NCBI GenBank assembly: GCA_045588655.1
Contig: JAZNEP010000007.1
Span: forward strand, 3,260 to 67,259
DNA: 64,000 nucleotides
Direction of reading: 5' to 3'
Origin: Lachnospiraceae bacterium
GTDB taxonomy: Bacteria; Bacillota; Clostridia; Lachnospirales; Lachnospiraceae
The notes under the pieces are model-generated. The model ran no database searches, was not told the DNA's origin, and saw only the letters and a program-made list of their open reading frames with translations. This document shows, in pieces, positions 59,888 to 64,000 of the stretch. Each line of letters starts with the position of its first letter. Position 1 is the stretch's first letter. A program made the position numbers and the translations under genes.

Positions 59888-62308
59888 TTAACTTCTCAAT
59901 TCTACACCACAATTTTTATTGAGCTGTTTCAAAATCTTCTTCACATAGCCATCTACTGATTCTGCTGTAAACGCTTCATTCTTTGGTGTAAATACAACGG
60001 TAAACGCCATACTCTTTTTATCTGCAGCAATCTGCTCTCCTTCATAAATATCAAAGAGAGAAATCTTTGTAATATATTTACAAGCCTCTTTCATTACCTT
60101 TTCTATTTCTCCACAGGTAATGCTTCGATCCGCCACCAGGGCAAGATCACGCTGCTCTTGTGGGAATTTTGGCAATGGTTCAAACACTGCTTTTTTATCA
60201 TACCACTGTGATAATACTTTTAAATCAAGCTCCATGATATAAGCCGGTGTACGCAAATCCTTGGACTCTGCAATATCATAAGCCAGTTTACCGAAATAAC
60301 CGATTTCCATACCTTCACACATTACCCGTGCTGTCTGATACGGATGCAGGAAAGTATTACTCATTGTTTCATATGTGAACTCTACATGTAATGTATCTGC
60401 GATTTTCTCAGCAATTCCTTTCATTGTATAGAAGGATTCTTTTTCTCCGAAAATACCCACACAAAGTCTTGCTTTTTCATCCGGATACTGTGTCAAAGGA
60501 AGCTCATATGGCATATACACATTACCAATTTCAAACAGTCTTCCTTCCAGATTTCCTTTCTTCTGGTTTCTTGCTACTGCATTGATCATGGATGCAGCCA
60601 AAGTGGTTCTCATCAGCGAAATTTCTTCACTGATCGGATTCATGATACGGATTGCTTTACGTTCAATCGCATCTTCGGAAAGACGAAGCAAATCCAAATC
60701 GGATGGTGAAAAGAATGAATAGTGAATACATTCATATGCACCTACGCTGCAAAGTGCCTTTTTCAGACGAAGTTCTGATTTCTGAACCTGATTTAATCCA
60801 CCAATCGTAACCTGTGCGGATGGCATAAATGCAGGTTCTACATGTTCATAACCATACATACGGATAACTTCTTCCGCAATATCCTGATATGTTTCCACAT
60901 CTTCACGATACGCCGGTACCTTTAACATCAGATTATCGCCATCGATGCTTGGTTCAAATGATAAATTGGTCATAATCTTAATGATTTCTTCATTTGGAAC
61001 TACAATACCCAGACATTTATTTACCTTGTCAATGCTCACTGTCAAATCCTTCGATTCTACACTATTACCAGTATTTACGTCCACATGTGTGTGTCCTACT
61101 TTACCGCAGCCAAGCTCTTCGATTAAATGAAGCGCTCTCTTCATAGCCATAACGGTTGCATATTCATCCACACCTTTTTCATAACGAGCACTTGAATCCG
61201 AACGTTTTCCTACCGCTCTGGATGTTCTTCTGATATTGTCACGGGCAAACTTTGCAGACTCAAAAAGTACTGCACTTGTCGTCTCTCTGATTTCCGAATT
61301 TAATCCGCCCATAACACCTGCAAGTGCTACCGGTTTCACACCATCACAAATCACCATATTTGCATCAGTAAGAGTCAACTCCTGACCATCCAAAGTCGTA
61401 ATTGGCTCACCGTCTTTTGCGCGTCTTACACAAATGGCATTTCCTTCAAGGGTTGACATATCAAACGCATGCATCGGCTGACCAAGCTCTTTCAGTATAT
61501 AGTTTGTGATATCAACCACATTGGAAATTGCTTCAATTCCCACCAGTGCAAGTCTACGTTTCATCCATGCAGGTGATTCACCAATTTTTACATCTGTCAC
61601 ATAATGTGCGCTGTATCTTGGACATAAATCTGGACAGTCCACCTTCACTTCAAATCCGGTAAGTTCTGCATCCGATTCTGTATAATCGAGTGCAGGCACT
61701 TTTAATTCTTTTTCCAACACTGCAGCCACTTCTCTTGCAATACCGAAAATACTCTGACAATCCGGGCGGTTTGCTGTAATGGCAATGTCAAAAATCCAGT
61801 CATCCAGTCCAAGCATCGGTTTCACATCTGCTCCTACCTGAGCATCACTTGGCAATACAAGCAATCCATTGTATCCTGCGCCCGGATACATATTTTCGCT
61901 CACGCCAAGCTCCACACCGGAACAAAGCATACCAAAGGATTCATAACCACGCAGTTTCCCTTTTCCAATGGTCATAACGCCTTCAATCGTCTTATGGTCT
62001 TTCGCTGTAGCATACACTGTCGCTCCAACTAAAGCAAGCGGGAATTTTCCGCCCGCACAGACATTATCTGCTCCACAACAAATCTGAAACGTCCCATGTT
62101 CTCCGCAATTTACTTGACAAACATGCAAATGCGTATCCGGAATCGCTTCACAGGTAAGTACCTCACCTACAACTACCTTACTGATATCCTTACCTACTTC
62201 ATATAATTCTTCTACTTCAAATCCACAGGAGAACAATTTATCTTGCAACTCCTGTGGAGTTACATCTATATCTACATACTCTTTTAACCAACTAAGCGGT
62301 GTAATCAT
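59888..62308 (-). CDS. pheT: phenylalanine--tRNA ligase beta subunit
   Basis: 806 aa; N-terminal tRNA-binding, B3/4, B5, FDX-ACB domains typical of PheT. Confidence 0.95.
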   Translation of the reverse strand: MITPLSWLKEYVDIDVTPQELQDKLFSCGFEVEELYEVGKDISKVVVGEVLTCEAIPDTHLHVCQVNCGEHGTFQICCGADNVCAGGKFPLALVGATVYATAKDHKTIEGVMTIGKGKLRGYESFGMLCSGVELGVSENMYPGAGYNGLLVLPSDAQVGADVKPMLGLDDWIFDIAITANRPDCQSIFGIAREVAAVLEKELKVPALDYTESDAELTGFEVKVDCPDLCPRYSAHYVTDVKIGESPAWMKRRLALVGIEAISNVVDITNYILKELGQPMHAFDMSTLEGNAICVRRAKDGEPITTLDGQELTLTDANMVICDGVKPVALAGVMGGLNSEIRETTSAVLFESAKFARDNIRRTSRAVGKRSDSSARYEKGVDEYATVMAMKRALHLIEELGCGKVGHTHVDVNTGNSVESKDLTVSIDKVNKCLGIVVPNEEIIKIMTNLSFEPSIDGDNLMLKVPAYREDVETYQDIAEEVIRMYGYEHVEPAFMPSAQVTIGGLNQVQKSELRLKKALCSVGAYECIHYSFFSPSDLDLLRLSEDAIERKAIRIMNPISEEISLMRTTLAASMINAVARNQKKGNLEGRLFEIGNVYMPYELPLTQYPDEKARLCVGIFGEKESFYTMKGIAEKIADTLHVEFTYETMSNTFLHPYQTARVMCEGMEIGYFGKLAYDIAESKDLRTPAYIMELDLKVLSQWYDKKAVFEPLPKFPQEQRDLALVADRSITCGEIEKVMKEACKYITKISLFDIYEGEQIAADKKSMAFTVVFTPKNEAFTAESVDGYVKKILKQLNKNCGVELRS

Positions 62309-62338
62309 ATCTCTTTACCTCACCTTCCTATTTTCTCA

Positions 62339-63364
62339 CTAATCATTTAACTGCGAAAGTACACGTAAATCAGACTCAAATAAAAGTTTAATGTTATTAA
62401 TACCATATTTGAGCATCGCCGTACGCTCAATACCAATACCGAACGCAAGTCCACTGTACTCATTTGGATCAATTCCGCAATTTTCAAGAACTTTGTTATT
62501 TACAATACCTGCACCAAGAATCTCTATCCAGCCGGTACCTTTACAAAGCTTACAGCCGCTTCCGCCACACTCAAAACAGCTACAATCGACTTCCACGGAA
62601 GGCTCCGTAAACGGGAAGTAAGAAGGACGAAGTCTTGTTTTGGTTCCTTCTCCGTAAATTTTCTTTACAAATACATCCAGCATACCCTGCAAGTCACAAA
62701 GGGTAATTCCTTTATCTACCACAAGACCTTCCATCTGTGTAAACATCGGTGAATGTGTCGCATCATCATCCGAACGGAACACTTTACCCGGAGATAAGAT
62801 TTTAATCGGAGGCTTAGAATTTTCCATTACATGAATCTGTCCTGCTGAAGTCTGTGTACGTAATAAGAATTCCGGTGACAGATAAAATGTATCCTGCATA
62901 TCTCTTGCCGGATGATCCTGCGGCGTATTTAAGGCCGTAAAGTTGTAATAATCTGTCTCAATTTCTCTGCCTTCATATATTTCAAATCCCATACCGGAAA
63001 ATATATCAATGAGCTGATTACGCACCAATGTAATCGGATGCAGATTTCCCTCTTTGGATTCTACCGCCGGAAGTGAAATATCTATCTTTTCCGCCTCGTA
63101 TCTATCCTGTAACTCTTTTTCTTTCATTTTTACGTCAAGCTCACCTAAAAATTCGAGGGCCCACTCTTTGAGTTCATTTACTCCTTTTCCGTAGGCTGCT
63201 CTTTCTTCCGGCGCAATATTTTTCATTTCTTTCATTAACATACCGATTTTACCGGTTTTTCCATCAAGAAATTTTTTCTTGAATTCGTATACCTCTTTCG
63301 AAGAAGCAAGTTCCTGCGCTCCTGCAATAATATCCTGCTTGATCTGCTCTAAATTTGCATTCAT
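62339..63364 (-). CDS. pheS: phenylalanine--tRNA ligase alpha subunit
   Basis: Class II aaRS motifs (...[18 protein letters not shown]..., ...[12 protein letters not shown]...). Two adjacent ATGs; the second (MNANLEQ) has optimal spacing from the AAAGGAAG SD; alternative start at 63370. Confidence 0.9.
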   Translation of the reverse strand: MNANLEQIKQDIIAGAQELASSKEVYEFKKKFLDGKTGKIGMLMKEMKNIAPEERAAYGKGVNELKEWALEFLGELDVKMKEKELQDRYEAEKIDISLPAVESKEGNLHPITLVRNQLIDIFSGMGFEIYEGREIETDYYNFTALNTPQDHPARDMQDTFYLSPEFLLRTQTSAGQIHVMENSKPPIKILSPGKVFRSDDDATHSPMFTQMEGLVVDKGITLCDLQGMLDVFVKKIYGEGTKTRLRPSYFPFTEPSVEVDCSCFECGGSGCKLCKGTGWIEILGAGIVNNKVLENCGIDPNEYSGLAFGIGIERTAMLKYGINNIKLLFESDLRVLSQLND

Positions 63365-63411
63365 GTTCATCTTCCTTTCTTTTCTTTCTTGTGCGCATCT
63401 TAACCAGGGCA

Positions 63412-63660
63412 CAAAAAAACGTCCCTGTCTAAATCAGGGACGAATCAATATCCGCGGTACCACCCGTATTCCTTAAAGTTATACACTTCAAGACACTCAA
63501 CGCGCGTAACGTGCGCATACGGCTCTGCCTACTGCTCTTTCAACAAAGCTGCTCCGGTGGGAAATTCAATCCACATCTGAACGTAAGGCGGCTTTCAGCC
63601 GGTGACCACCTCTCTCTGAACGAAAATGTATCTCTACTGACACCTTCATAGCATTTACAA
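63412..63660 (-). ncRNA. T-box riboswitch leader (probable Phe specifier UUC) with terminator/antiterminator
   Basis: Minus strand carries the T-box consensus AGGAATACGGGTGGTACCGCGG, immediately followed by the terminator GTCCCTGATTTAGACAGGGAC TTTTTTTG. Stem-I region has a loop containing CGUUCAG. Confidence 0.7.
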
Positions 63661-63694
63661 TATATCGATATCATAATCAATCAACCTGCAAATG

Positions 63695-64000
63695 TCAAGA
63701 AGGAATCTGTTTCTTCCTTTGTTTCTGTTTATTCTTCCATAAATGCTGCAAATATTCATTGGCCGGTAGTAAAAACTGATTTAACAATGCCCCTGCAAGC
63801 ACAATATAAAAACACAAATACAACCACAACATAATAATGGTCACCGTTGCAAGACTTCCATAAATATTATACGAGAAAAAATGATTAATATAAATTGAAA
63901 ACATCCACGACGACAGATACCATACGATGCTGGCAAACAACGCTCCCGGGATTTCGTACCGAAACACCTTGTTTATGTTGGGTAACCAAGTATATACTGC
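63695..64000 (-). CDS. YihY/BrkB-family membrane protein, C-terminal part (gene continues past window end)
   Basis: ...GALFASIVWYLSSWMFSIYINHFFSYNIYGSLATVTIIMLWLYLCFYIVLAGALLN... matches the conserved C-terminal helices of YihY/virulence factor BrkB proteins. Confidence 0.55.
   Translation of the reverse strand, partial: AVYTWLPNINKVFRYEIPGALFASIVWYLSSWMFSIYINHFFSYNIYGSLATVTIIMLWLYLCFYIVLAGALLNQFLLPANEYLQHLWKNKQKQRKKQIPS

Noticed and set aside
1-64000. Mobile elements, prophage, toxin-antitoxin or defence islands
   Set aside because: No transposase, integrase, recombinase, restriction-modification, Cas or phage structural gene signatures were recognised in any ORF. There is no obvious compositional discontinuity.

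Overview
The window is an AT-rich chromosomal segment from a Firmicutes/Clostridia-type genome (judged from SD sequences, codon usage and gene content). About 85% of it is coding and most genes lie on the minus strand.

Housekeeping content:
- glgB 5' end, a DUF1015 protein, and serC-serA.
- An L,D-transpeptidase, then ilvB-ilvD-leuB.
- A DUF815 ATPase and an NCS2 purine permease.
- yajC-tgt, a VanY-like peptidase, aroC, tyrA-aroA and leuS.
- A T-box-controlled pheS-pheT-queA operon and a YihY fragment.
- NADP-IDH, a flotillin, and a homocitrate-synthase-family enzyme (putative Re-citrate synthase) with a GntR regulator.

Less ordinary content:
1. A five-gene partner-switching operon (cNMP-binding PP2C phosphatase, TIM-barrel isomerase, RsbW-like kinase, STAS antagonist) ending in a GGDEF diguanylate cyclase, with no sigma factor.
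2. An operon encoding a dCache/HD-GYP/REC membrane phosphodiesterase, a BMP-family binding protein and a hybrid histidine kinase with an Hpt domain.
3. A stand-alone PilZ protein next to a zinc-ribbon/SHOCT protein.
4. A sortase B with a long cytoplasmic N-terminal extension, followed by two giant LRR(BspA)/Listeria-Bacteroides-repeat surface proteins that share a [ST]PxTG-x5-PKW sorting signal.
5. A small islet of three tiny plus-strand genes, including a Cys/Gly/Asn-rich duplicated tiny-TM (YjcZ-like) protein.
6. A cytoplasmic HPK10-like kinase with a LytTR regulator.
7. An EF-G paralog with degenerate GTPase motifs (DTPGY, SDMD).
8. An MBOAT pair.

No rRNA, tRNA, CRISPR array, transposase or integrase was recognised. 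Coordinates of small motifs may be off by 1-2 nt because they were indexed by hand.
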